This document shows positions 48,098-57,322 of a DNA stretch of 57,992 nucleotides, one piece after another. Position 1 is the stretch's first letter. The number at the start of each line of letters is the position of its first letter. The translations under genes were made by a program, and so were the position numbers. The notes under the pieces are model-generated. The model was not told the DNA's origin. It saw only the letters and a list, made by a program, of their open reading frames with translations, and did not search any database. The DNA comes from an uncultured bacterium (GTDB taxonomy: Bacteria; UBP6; UBA1177): the NCBI GenBank assembly GCA_905235605.1, contig CAJOMF010000012.1, positions 1-57,992 on the forward strand. The letters run 5' to 3'.

Positions 48098-49339
48098 ATG
48101 AAAGCACTGGTTCTTGCAGCGGGATTTCCGCAGATAGCACTGATACAAGAGTTAAAAAAACGGAATATTGAAGTTGTTCTTGCTGACTACAATGCAGAAC
48201 CTGTGGCAAAACCTTATGCCGACAAATATTATCAGGAATCCACGCTGGATATTCCGAAAATTAAGGAGATAGCAGTCTCCGAAGCGGTCGATTTTCTGAT
48301 TACGGTGTGCACTGATCAGGCTTTGCTGACTGTCGCAAAAGTGTCGGAAGAGCTCGGGCTCCCGTGCTATATTGATTATAAAACTGCTTTGAATGTCACC
48401 AACAAGCAGTATATGAAAGATGTGTTCATGCATCACGGGATTCCGACATCGAAATATGTCATTCTCAAGGAATTTGACGAAGAAAAAATCAAAGGTTTCC
48501 GTTATCCGCTGATTGTCAAACCAGTGGACTGCAACTCCTCCAAAGGGGTGAGACGGTGCGACAACCTTGAAGAATTGAAGGAATTTTTCTCGGCGGCTGC
48601 AAAAATGAGCAGAACCGATACCGCAATTATTGAAGAGTTTATTGAAGGAAAGGAACTTTCGGCTGATTTTTATATCAGTGACGGAAAGGCCAATCTGCTT
48701 TCTCTTAGCCAGAGCAATAAAATTGCTGAAAAAGATAAATTCGTGATTTTCAGGGCTGTATTTCCTCCGGCATGCAGCAAAGGGCTTGAGTCAAAAGTTC
48801 AGAAAATCGGACAGCAGATCGCGGATGCGTTCGGGATTAAAAATGCTCCGATGCTGGTTCAGATGCTGACAGACGGCAGAAATCTTGATGTAATTGAATT
48901 CAGCGCCCGCACCGGCGGCGGTATCAAATATCTCCTTATCAAACATATTTCTGGTTTTGATGTGATAAATGCGGTTGTCGATTTGACTTTGGGCAATCAT
49001 CCTGAATGTGACGTAAAAGCTCCTGCGACAAAATACCTTGTCAATGATTTTATTTATTGCAAACCCGGAACATTCGACCGCCTTGAGAACTTTGAAGAGA
49101 TGAAAGAACAAGGCTATTTGAAAGATTATTATATTTTCAAATGGAAAGGCGCGAAGTTTGACAGCATAAACAATAGTGGAGACAGGGTTGCAGGATATAC
49201 AGTGACTGCAGATTCACTCGATGAGCTGATAAACAAACATAACATAGTACGAGCGAATATACGGGTAGAAGATTCTAACGGCACGGATATCGCGCGGCAT
49301 GATTTACTGACTGATTTGGATAGAGCAGAGTTCCAGTGA
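48098..49339 (+). CDS. ATP-grasp ligase (module 2)
   Basis: NKQYMK, YPLIVKPVDCNSSKGV, IIEEFIEG and IEFSARTGGG motifs. Confidence 0.88.
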   Translation: MKALVLAAGFPQIALIQELKKRNIEVVLADYNAEPVAKPYADKYYQESTLDIPKIKEIAVSEAVDFLITVCTDQALLTVAKVSEELGLPCYIDYKTALNVTNKQYMKDVFMHHGIPTSKYVILKEFDEEKIKGFRYPLIVKPVDCNSSKGVRRCDNLEELKEFFSAAAKMSRTDTAIIEEFIEGKELSADFYISDGKANLLSLSQSNKIAEKDKFVIFRAVFPPACSKGLESKVQKIGQQIADAFGIKNAPMLVQMLTDGRNLDVIEFSARTGGGIKYLLIKHISGFDVINAVVDLTLGNHPECDVKAPATKYLVNDFIYCKPGTFDRLENFEEMKEQGYLKDYYIFKWKGAKFDSINNSGDRVAGYTVTADSLDELINKHNIVRANIRVEDSNGTDIARHDLLTDLDRAEFQ

Positions 49340-50685
49340 GAATGTTGAATAAATCATCCGAATATTTTGATATGCTTCATGGTGTCTGGCAAAAAGAGAC
49401 ACCGCCGAGCGTAATAAAAAGAGCGAAACAAAGTCTCCTTGACTATTTGTCTGTAACCTGTGCGGGTGCAAGATTCCAGAAAGCGAAGTTGGAAAAATAT
49501 TTTTCTTTTGCAGAACCCGAAAACGGCAGCTTCAAGGCTATCGGAACAGGAAAATCCCTCGCTCTGAAGGAAGCAGTTTTCCTGAACGGTTTAAACGGTC
49601 ATGCCCTTGATTATGATGACGGGACAAATTCAGGCATTATTCATCTCGGTTCACCGATATTCTCGCTGCTTCTGCCGCTTGCACAAAAGTATGATCTCTC
49701 CATCGAAAAGATGCTGAAAGCGGCAATTATCGGATATGAAGCGTCATATACAATGGCTGTGTCGATTCAGCCGATGCACAAAGCGCTCGGATATCATGCA
49801 ACCGGCACTTGCGGAGTGCTCGGTGCGACTCTGGCAGCCGCATATATGATCGGATTCACGGATGAAGAAAGATTTCAGGCTTTTGCGACAGCATGCGTTT
49901 CTGCATCAGGCATGCTAATGGTGCTTGATGACGGAAGTGAACTGAAGCCTTACAATGTCGCAAAAAGTGCTATGCTCGCTCTTACTTCAATACAGCTTGC
50001 AAAAGCCGGGTTCAAAGGGCATCCTGATCCTCTCGGGCATTCCAGAGGTTTCTTGAAAATGATGGCAGGCAAGGAAAACATTGAATTGAAACCTGTCCTG
50101 TTGAACAGTACCTATGCCATTGAAAAAACATACACAAAACCTTATGCATCCTGCCGTTACACACATCCTTCGGTTGAAGCCGCAATACGTATGCGCTCTG
50201 TTGTGAAACTTGAAGAAGTTAAAGAAATAGTTGTAAAGACTTATGATTTGGCTGTGTCAGGTCACGATCATACTGATATTCACGGCAGCTACAGCGCTAA
50301 AATGAGCATCCCTTATTCAACAGCAGCGGGATTTGTGTTTGGCAAGGCAGGTTTACAGGAATTCGGTGAGGAAATTATCAAAAATCCCGAAGTTCTTTCC
50401 CTTGCAAAAAAAGTAAAAGTTTTGGCTGATGAGAACCTGAGCGCTTCTTTCCCGAAAGAACAGACTGCCATAGTCGAAATCAGAACAACAGACGGCAGAA
50501 AGTTCACCGAAAGAGTCGATTATCCCAAAGGAGAGCCGGAAAATCCCATGACTGATAAGGAATTCAAGGAAAAATACGACGGATTATTTGTTTATGCAGG
50601 ATATGAAAAAACTGTTTCGGATAGAATTTATGACTATGTCACAAGCGGTGGAAACAGCGTCCGTGAACTTCTTGAAATGCTTTGA
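49336..50685 (+). CDS. MmgE/PrpD-family protein
   Basis: NG..GHALDYDD, IIH, GYE, G.HATG, KPYASCRYTH, AKMSIPY and PKGEPENP motifs. Confidence 0.9.
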   Translation: MRMLNKSSEYFDMLHGVWQKETPPSVIKRAKQSLLDYLSVTCAGARFQKAKLEKYFSFAEPENGSFKAIGTGKSLALKEAVFLNGLNGHALDYDDGTNSGIIHLGSPIFSLLLPLAQKYDLSIEKMLKAAIIGYEASYTMAVSIQPMHKALGYHATGTCGVLGATLAAAYMIGFTDEERFQAFATACVSASGMLMVLDDGSELKPYNVAKSAMLALTSIQLAKAGFKGHPDPLGHSRGFLKMMAGKENIELKPVLLNSTYAIEKTYTKPYASCRYTHPSVEAAIRMRSVVKLEEVKEIVVKTYDLAVSGHDHTDIHGSYSAKMSIPYSTAAGFVFGKAGLQEFGEEIIKNPEVLSLAKKVKVLADENLSASFPKEQTAIVEIRTTDGRKFTERVDYPKGEPENPMTDKEFKEKYDGLFVYAGYEKTVSDRIYDYVTSGGNSVRELLEML

Positions 50686-50694
50686 GGTAAAAAT

Positions 50695-51654
50695 ATGAAA
50701 CATCCAAAACTGGTACTCGGCACAATGACATTCGGAGAAAGCGTTTTTTCACCTGATGTCGCTTCTTTTATAAACACTTTCTTGGATTCGGGATATAACG
50801 AGCTTGACACAGCCTATGTTTACAATGAAGGGAATTGTGAAAGACTTATTGGCGAGGTACTTCCGACTTTAAATAAGTCCTATAAAATCGCCACCAAAGT
50901 AAATCCGAGAATCAGTGGAAAACTGGACGGAGAGGCGGCATACAAACAGGTGAATGAATCTTTGGATCGCCTCAGACTTTCAAGTGTTGACACGGTCTAT
51001 CTTCATTTTCCGGATCCTGCGACACCCGTTTCATCGGTGCTTTCGGCAATGGATGAGCTCAACAGGCAGGGTAAATTTAAAGAACTCGGTCTTTCAAATT
51101 TTCCTGCATGGATGGTGGCGGATTCCTGGCATATCTGTGACAAGAACAGATGGGTGAAACCTACGATATTTGAAGGCATCTACAATCCTCTTACCAGAAA
51201 GGCGGAAACTGAGCTCAATGCGTGCCTGAACAATTTCGGAATGCGTTTCTATGCATATAATCCGATGGCCGGAGGACTCTTGACCGGGCGTTATGAAAAA
51301 TTCGAGGATGCCCCGACTGACGGACGTTTCACACATCGTCCGAATTATCAGAACCGCTACTGGAAAAGGAGTTTCTTTGAGGCGGTAAATTTGCTGAAAG
51401 CCGCATGTGAAAAGTGTGGAATCACTATCATTGAGGCGACTTACCGCTGGCTTGCATATCACTCGATGCTTAATGCGGAACGCGGAGATGCGATTATAAT
51501 CGGTGTGTCGAAACTGAGTCATTTGCAGCAGAATATGGATGCACTGAATGCTGGTCCGCTGCCTGAAGAACTGATAAAAGTGTTCGAAGAGGCGTGGAAT
51601 ATAACAAAAGCTGACAGTCCGGAATATTTTACATTATTCAAGGCTAAGAAATAG
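50695..51654 (+). CDS. Aldo/keto reductase (AKR7-like)
   Basis: LGTMTFG, LDTAYVY, IATKVNP, YLHFPD, GLSNF and YNP.AGGLLTG motifs. Confidence 0.88.
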   Translation: MKHPKLVLGTMTFGESVFSPDVASFINTFLDSGYNELDTAYVYNEGNCERLIGEVLPTLNKSYKIATKVNPRISGKLDGEAAYKQVNESLDRLRLSSVDTVYLHFPDPATPVSSVLSAMDELNRQGKFKELGLSNFPAWMVADSWHICDKNRWVKPTIFEGIYNPLTRKAETELNACLNNFGMRFYAYNPMAGGLLTGRYEKFEDAPTDGRFTHRPNYQNRYWKRSFFEAVNLLKAACEKCGITIIEATYRWLAYHSMLNAERGDAIIIGVSKLSHLQQNMDALNAGPLPEELIKVFEEAWNITKADSPEYFTLFKAKK

Positions 51655-51662
51655 GAGGATTC

Positions 51663-52808
51663 ATGTTAGATCAGAAAATAGTTTTTGAAACACTTTCCCG
51701 GCATGGTGTCAGTTGTTTTGTCGGAGTCCCGGATTCATATCTGAACGGTTTCTGCAACTATGCACTGGCGAATTTCCCGGAGCGGACAATTATTGCAGCA
51801 AACGAGGGAAACGCTGTCGGTATTGCCGCCGGTCACTATTTCGCGACAAAAGAAATTCCTCTTGTTTATATGCAGAATAGCGGCATGGGAAACACAATAA
51901 ATCCTCTTGCATCGCTTGCCGACAAGGATGTTTATGCGGTTCCTATGCTTCTTTTGATAGGATGGCGCGGTCAGGGAAATACTGAACCCAATCATCCGCA
52001 GCATAAACTTCAAGGCGAAATAACTCCTAAGTTACTGGATGTTATGCATATTCCTTACAGCATTCTGACAGACGACAACGATGATTTTAAGGCCGTTATC
52101 GAAAAAGCAGCTGCTTACTGTTTGGCAAACCGTCAGCCTTACGGTCTTATCTCTCCGAAAGGCGTGATGGCCGCTTCGGAAAAGGCCAACAATGTCGATG
52201 ATGTCTATCCGATGAGCAGAGAGGAAGCAATAGAAGTCGTTCTTGACAATATGCCCGCAGATACAATTTATTCCGCAACGACCGGCAGGGCTACACGCGA
52301 ACTTTTCTTTTTGCGTGAGAAACGCAATGAATCAAAATCCCGTGATTACCTGAATGTCGGTTCAATGGGACACGCTTCATCTGTAGCGCTGGGAGTGGCA
52401 CTTGCAAGACCTGAACGGAAAGTAGTATGCCTTGACGGTGATTCCGCCTGCATTATGCACATGGGTGCAATGACGATGGCAAGCAAACTGAATGCTCCCA
52501 ACTTCATGCATATCGTTCTTAACAACGGAGCGCACGAATCGGTCGGCGGACAGCCGTCAGCGGGACACAAGCTCGATTTTACCAGTATTGCGGAATCCTG
52601 CGGCTATGCAACAGTAGGAAAAGCTGTAGAAAATAAAATGGAATTTATAGAAGCTATAAATAAACTTAAAGACTGCGGAAAGGCTTCTTTTATCGACTGC
52701 CGTATCCACAAAGGGCTTAACAGCAAGCTGCCTCCGATTGTTTTTGATCACGTAGCGGCTATTGATGAATTTATTGCTGATTTAAATAAAAAGGAGAAAA
52801 TGCAATGA
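51663..52808 (+). CDS. ThDP-dependent phosphonopyruvate/sulfopyruvate decarboxylase-family enzyme
   Basis: GVPDS, ANEGNAV, YMQNSG.GN.INP, PQH..QG, GSMGHAS, DGD and NNGAHESVGGQP motifs. Confidence 0.88.
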   Translation: MLDQKIVFETLSRHGVSCFVGVPDSYLNGFCNYALANFPERTIIAANEGNAVGIAAGHYFATKEIPLVYMQNSGMGNTINPLASLADKDVYAVPMLLLIGWRGQGNTEPNHPQHKLQGEITPKLLDVMHIPYSILTDDNDDFKAVIEKAAAYCLANRQPYGLISPKGVMAASEKANNVDDVYPMSREEAIEVVLDNMPADTIYSATTGRATRELFFLREKRNESKSRDYLNVGSMGHASSVALGVALARPERKVVCLDGDSACIMHMGAMTMASKLNAPNFMHIVLNNGAHESVGGQPSAGHKLDFTSIAESCGYATVGKAVENKMEFIEAINKLKDCGKASFIDCRIHKGLNSKLPPIVFDHVAAIDEFIADLNKKEKMQ

Positions 52809-53707
52809 ACAGTATGGAAAAAACAAGAGAATTTTTGAAATCTATTGGTCTGCCGGGCGGTGATGCATATAATCTTCCGACTTCTCAGAAAAGATTCGCT
52901 GACGGTGGACAGTATCGTTTTGAAGTCCCCGGTATTCAGGGACCAAAAGTAATGAAGGCTCTGCTTGAAGCAATGGACAGCTATGGTGTATATCTGCACA
53001 GAGTCACCCAGACTCAGGGAATCATGCGTCTGACTGATAACGAAATCGCTAAAATGGTGGAACTTGCGCATCAGTGGCAGACAGATTTGATTCTTGCCAT
53101 CGGTCCGCGTGCAACGACAGACGCATCGGCTTCAGTCAATACCGAAGAGGGTGTCAGGATGGGTTACAGGCTTCGCGGTCAGGAACAGATTGTCCGCGCT
53201 ATCGAGGATGTAAAGCGCGCGGTAAAACTCGGCTGCAGAGGTTTCCTTGTTTATGACGAAGGATGTCTTTGGGTTCTTAATGAAATGCGCAAAGCCGGTG
53301 AAATTCCCGCTGAATGCCATTTCAAAGTATCTGCTCATGCAGGTCACGGTAATCCCTGTTCGGCTAAAGTTCTTGAAATGCTCGGCGCAAACTCGATCAA
53401 CCCGGTTCGTGATATTCAGCTTCAGATGCTTTCGGCTATGAGACAGGCTGTTGACTGCGTTATCGATATTCACACCGAGAACCCCAAATCGACAGGCGGT
53501 TTCATCCGTCATTACGAGGTTCCGGAAATGATTCGTATTGCAGCTCCGATTTATTTGAAAACAGGCGGCTCGGTAGCGGCGACACACAGCTGGGACAGCA
53601 CCGAGGACGATGCAAGAAAACGCGCAAAACAGTGCAGTCTCGTAAAGAGAGTCATTGACGAATATTATCCTGAAGCAGTCTGGTCGCCGAAAGGCAGTCT
53701 TGTATAA
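52805..53707 (+). CDS. Uncharacterised enzyme, probably TIM-barrel (U32-like annotation)
   Basis: In-operon ORF with RF.DG.QYR.E.P, G.RG.LV.DEG.L and P.YLKTG motifs; no function recognised. Confidence 0.55.
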   Translation: MNSMEKTREFLKSIGLPGGDAYNLPTSQKRFADGGQYRFEVPGIQGPKVMKALLEAMDSYGVYLHRVTQTQGIMRLTDNEIAKMVELAHQWQTDLILAIGPRATTDASASVNTEEGVRMGYRLRGQEQIVRAIEDVKRAVKLGCRGFLVYDEGCLWVLNEMRKAGEIPAECHFKVSAHAGHGNPCSAKVLEMLGANSINPVRDIQLQMLSAMRQAVDCVIDIHTENPKSTGGFIRHYEVPEMIRIAAPIYLKTGGSVAATHSWDSTEDDARKRAKQCSLVKRVIDEYYPEAVWSPKGSLV

Positions 53708-53723
53708 ATGCGGGAGTAATAAA

Positions 53724-54233
53724 ATGAATGAAATTACAACGCCTATCTCCGATGAAGTTATAAAAAAACTCAATGTCGGTGATGTAATCTATATCTCCGG
53801 ATATATTATTTGCGGCAGGGACGCAGTTCTTCCGAAGGTGCTGAAAATGATTGAAGACGGCACTGTCGGTCAGCTTGGTGTCGATCTGAAAGGTCAGGTG
53901 ATTTTTCACACGGCTTTCAGCACTGCCGGTCTTGGCCCCACATCAAGCAACAAAGTTGAAATCGAGGGCAGTATAGAACCTCTTTCAGCTGCAGGAGTGA
54001 AGATCCATATGGGTAAAGGAGCCCTTCATGCCGAAACAATAAAGGCTCTTGACAAGTATAACGCTATATACGCCGTCATAGCGCCTGTCACGGCTCTTCT
54101 TGTGGACAAAACCTCAGAGCATCGTGTGCTTGCTTTCCCTGAGCTCGGTATAGAAGCTTTGCATTTAATCAAAATCGACAAGTATCCTGCGATTGTAGCA
54201 GCAGCACACGGGAGGAGCATATATGATAAGTAA
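53724..54233 (+). CDS. Fe-S hydro-lyase beta subunit (FumA-C/TtdB-like)
   Basis: L.VGD...ISG....RDA, GPTSS and GKG motifs. Confidence 0.85.
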   Translation: MNEITTPISDEVIKKLNVGDVIYISGYIICGRDAVLPKVLKMIEDGTVGQLGVDLKGQVIFHTAFSTAGLGPTSSNKVEIEGSIEPLSAAGVKIHMGKGALHAETIKALDKYNAIYAVIAPVTALLVDKTSEHRVLAFPELGIEALHLIKIDKYPAIVAAAHGRSIYDK

Positions 54234-55083
54234 AAGTTATGACGAAATTATAGAGCGTGTCAGAGATACGCTTGTTCTGGCTGGTTCCACTTTCAGACCT
54301 GATAAAACGGAAGCATTCAAGAGAGCGATTGAAACCGAAAGCAATCCTCAGGCTAAATGGATCCTTGAAACAATGCTGGAAAATGCCGAAGTCGCCGGAA
54401 AAAACCGCAGACCTATCTGTGATGATACGGGAATACCGCATTTCCTTCTTGAAATCGGTGAAGATACACCGATTACCGGAAAAACGCTTGATGCTATAAA
54501 AGAAGGTGTAAAAGCTGGTTTGCGCACACTTCCCGGAAGACCTATGGGTATTATGGGTGACGACAGCCACAGAATAGATCAGTCAGGCGGTTTGAATCCT
54601 GACAGTGCCGGAGTAGAACCTGCTCCTATACTGATAAGAAAATGCAAAGACAATGTTTTGAGACTGCATATTCTGATGTTCGGCGGAGGTCCCGCGATCC
54701 GCGGTAAAACATACCGAATCTTCCATAAACACAACACACAGGTCGTTATGGACGAGATAGTAGGATGGGCAAAAGAATCCGTGTCACAGCTCGGTTGTTC
54801 CCCGTGTACTCTTGCAATCGGTGTAGGCAGAAGTCATTTCGAAGCGTCATCATTGATGCTTCAGGCTCAGGTCGACGGCAATTACGGTGTACAGTCTGAA
54901 ATGGAACAGGAAATCACCAGACGTGTAAACGAAACAAATGTCGGAGCTTTAGGACTCCACGGTGATGTCAGCGTATTGGCGACATTCATGAAAGTAGGAC
55001 CCCAGAGAGCAAGCGGTGTGCGTATAGTATGCCTGAGACCATGCTGCTGTTTCGAACCGAGAATCGCAACGGTTGAATTGTAA
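54223..55083 (+). CDS. Fe-S hydro-lyase alpha subunit (FumA-N/TtdA-like)
   Basis: PICDDTG, GGG, CSP...IG.G, G..GL.G and C-terminal CC motifs. Confidence 0.85.
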   Translation: MISKSYDEIIERVRDTLVLAGSTFRPDKTEAFKRAIETESNPQAKWILETMLENAEVAGKNRRPICDDTGIPHFLLEIGEDTPITGKTLDAIKEGVKAGLRTLPGRPMGIMGDDSHRIDQSGGLNPDSAGVEPAPILIRKCKDNVLRLHILMFGGGPAIRGKTYRIFHKHNTQVVMDEIVGWAKESVSQLGCSPCTLAIGVGRSHFEASSLMLQAQVDGNYGVQSEMEQEITRRVNETNVGALGLHGDVSVLATFMKVGPQRASGVRIVCLRPCCCFEPRIATVEL

Positions 55084-55150
55084 GTTTTCTGCGTCTTTGA
55101 GACATGTCCGATTGCATATCCGCCGATAAGGTTTTTTTAGGAGACCCTCA

Positions 55151-56245
55151 ATGTCAAATACACCAAGTTTAAACGAAGTCACCCCGAAACAACGTGACTC
55201 TAATCTTGAGTTGATGCGCATAATCGCAATGCTTCTCATAGTCGCTCACCATTATGTTGTCAATTCAGGTCTGACTCTTCCAGAAGGGCCGATTTTTGCC
55301 GATCCGATGTCAAAACGCTCGCTGTTCCTGCTTGTTTTCGGCGCATGGGGAAAAATCGGGATAAACTGCTTTATGATGATAACCGGATATTTCATGTGCA
55401 AATCGAATATAACAGTGAAGAAATTCGCGAAGCTGTTCTTGGAAATCTTATTTTATAATATTGTGATATATCTCATTTTTCTGCTTAGCGGATACGCACC
55501 TTTTGCTTGGACTTCTTGCATAAAAGCATTGATTCCTATTACAAGTATCAACCAGAATTTTACCTCATGCTTTATTGTGTTTTTCCTCTTTATCCCTTTT
55601 CTCAACAAACTTGTGCAGAACCTGAATGAAAAACAGCATTTGGCATTGATCGGGCTCTGTTCTTTCACTTACATTCTTTTCGGGACACTGCATCGTGTCT
55701 CGATGAACTATGTTTCGTGGTTCATAGTGCTTTATTTTATATCTTCATACATCAGGCTTTATCCGAAAAAATGGTTCTCAAACAATAAAATCTGCGGTAC
55801 CTTGCTGTTTCTGTCGCTTGCAGCTGGTATTGCAAGCATAGTCGGCTGTGCATGGGTCGGAACAAAGATAAACAGATTCTCTCCTTTCTTTTTTGTCAGC
55901 GATTCCAATACTTTTCTTGCTGTGGCAATAGGAGTCAGCGCGTTCATGTTTTTTAAAAACCTCCGTATTCCTTACAGCAGATTCATCAACACTGTCGCCG
56001 CTTCGACATTCGGGGTGCTTTTGATACATGCATCCGGTGATACGATGAGACAGTGGCTTTGGAAGGATGTCGTCGATTGCGTTGGTCATTATGGCGACAA
56101 ATATCTGCCGCTTTATGCGATAGGTTGCGTTCTCGCGATATTTACGGTCTGCACTTTAATCGACATTCTGAGAATAAACTGTCTGGAAAAGCCCTTCTTC
56201 AGGTTGCTTCGACAGGCTCAGCAACCTGCGCCGCAGCAGAATTAG
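55151..56245 (+). CDS. Acyltransferase-3 family membrane O-acyltransferase
   Basis: RDSNLELMRIIAM..IV.HH, F..ITGYF and TFGV.LIH motifs; ~10 TM helices. Confidence 0.9.
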   Translation: MSNTPSLNEVTPKQRDSNLELMRIIAMLLIVAHHYVVNSGLTLPEGPIFADPMSKRSLFLLVFGAWGKIGINCFMMITGYFMCKSNITVKKFAKLFLEILFYNIVIYLIFLLSGYAPFAWTSCIKALIPITSINQNFTSCFIVFFLFIPFLNKLVQNLNEKQHLALIGLCSFTYILFGTLHRVSMNYVSWFIVLYFISSYIRLYPKKWFSNNKICGTLLFLSLAAGIASIVGCAWVGTKINRFSPFFFVSDSNTFLAVAIGVSAFMFFKNLRIPYSRFINTVAASTFGVLLIHASGDTMRQWLWKDVVDCVGHYGDKYLPLYAIGCVLAIFTVCTLIDILRINCLEKPFFRLLRQAQQPAPQQN

Positions 56246-56269
56246 GGAGTTTAGGGATTTTAGGGAAAA

Positions 56270-57184
56270 TCACAGATTCCGCATGATTTCGGGAATCCAG
56301 GATGGATCCAAGATTTCGAAAGCGAAGCACTGTTTGGCGAGATCTTTGAGCGACGCTCCGATGTGGTAAAGAATTTTGTTGTCGATAATCAAAAAGCGGT
56401 CGTGGATTTTTTCCGTGTGTTTTAGCTCAAGTATCGGATATTGTTCGTTAAATTTTTGAACGTCGAGAGGTGTTATTTTTGTTTTTGGATAGGTGTAGAT
56501 TATGACTTTTACACCGCTTTTCTTCTTGGCGAAGCGCTCCAGAACCGTAAGATCGACATAATTGTCGATTAGAACAATTTCTTTTTCAGCCTCGGCGATA
56601 AATGACTCGAATTTTGCGTAGGCATCGAAAATCTGCCCTTGGAAAAAGAGCCCCTGTTTGTCTTCGATTTTGTATCTGTCCATTTTGTCGAAAAGTTCAT
56701 CGATTTTTTTGCCGTGTTCCAATAAGTGAATCTCGCTGGTTGTCTGCCGTTTTTCCATAAAGTCGAGTCTTTGAAAAATTTGGGAGTTTGTCTGAACAAA
56801 CCGGCGCAAAGCGACAAAGGCTTCTATAATCATTATACTTGTCAGCACTGCTGTATCGCTTTTAAGAACGGAAGCCAGCATTGCCACTCCCTGTTCCGTA
56901 AAGGCGTAAGGCAGATATTGGCGGCCGCCCCTGGTTTCTGTTTTTGAGGTCGCAATTTGCGACCTCAAAAATTCAAATTCACTTTCATTGAGTTGAAACA
57001 TGAAATTTGAGGGGAATCTTTCAATATTTCTACGCACTTGTTCATTCAACCTTTTTGTCTCCACCCCGTAAAGTTTTGCCAAGTCTCGGTCGAGCATCAC
57101 CTGCTGCCCTCGAATAACCAAGATTTTACTTTCAATATCTGCTTTTATTTGATTGTCGCTACTTATTACAATTTTATTTGTCAT
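56270..57184 (-). CDS. ORF6N-domain DNA-binding protein with C-terminal PLD-like domain
   Basis: IRGQQVMLDRDLAKLYGVETKRLNEQVRRN.ERFP, PYAFTEQGVAML, LIDNY and HDRFLIID...YH.GASLKD motifs. Confidence 0.92.
   Translation of the reverse strand: MTNKIVISSDNQIKADIESKILVIRGQQVMLDRDLAKLYGVETKRLNEQVRRNIERFPSNFMFQLNESEFEFLRSQIATSKTETRGGRQYLPYAFTEQGVAMLASVLKSDTAVLTSIMIIEAFVALRRFVQTNSQIFQRLDFMEKRQTTSEIHLLEHGKKIDELFDKMDRYKIEDKQGLFFQGQIFDAYAKFESFIAEAEKEIVLIDNYVDLTVLERFAKKKSGVKVIIYTYPKTKITPLDVQKFNEQYPILELKHTEKIHDRFLIIDNKILYHIGASLKDLAKQCFAFEILDPSWIPEIMRNL
56941..56971. repeat. Perfect intragenic palindrome, 15-bp arms
   Basis: TTTTTGAGGTCGCAA-T-TTGCGACCTCAAAAA, encoding FLRSQIATSK on the minus strand. Confidence 0.95.
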
Positions 57185-57288
57185 GTTCTTCTCTCGATAA
57201 ACAGATAAGTGCAATGCTTGAATAATAATATCAAAATATTTGTCAATAAAAATTTTATTTAAAATATAAGTTTTAGATTATTGATTTC

Positions 57289-57314
57289 TGCTAAGGACAT
57301 TAATGTCCCTAACA
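57289..57314. promoter_or_regulatory. Intergenic copy of the 38443 palindrome, candidate operator
   Basis: TGCTAAGGACATTAATGTCCCTA identical over 23 bp to 38443-38465; ends about 8 bp upstream of the vioA-2 -35 box. Confidence 0.6.
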
Positions 57315-57322
57315 AAAAACAT

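Noticed and set aside
51663-52808. Calling a complete phosphonate biosynthesis cluster (aepY)
   Set aside because: No PEP mutase is in the window, so the substrate cannot be assigned; left as a family-level call
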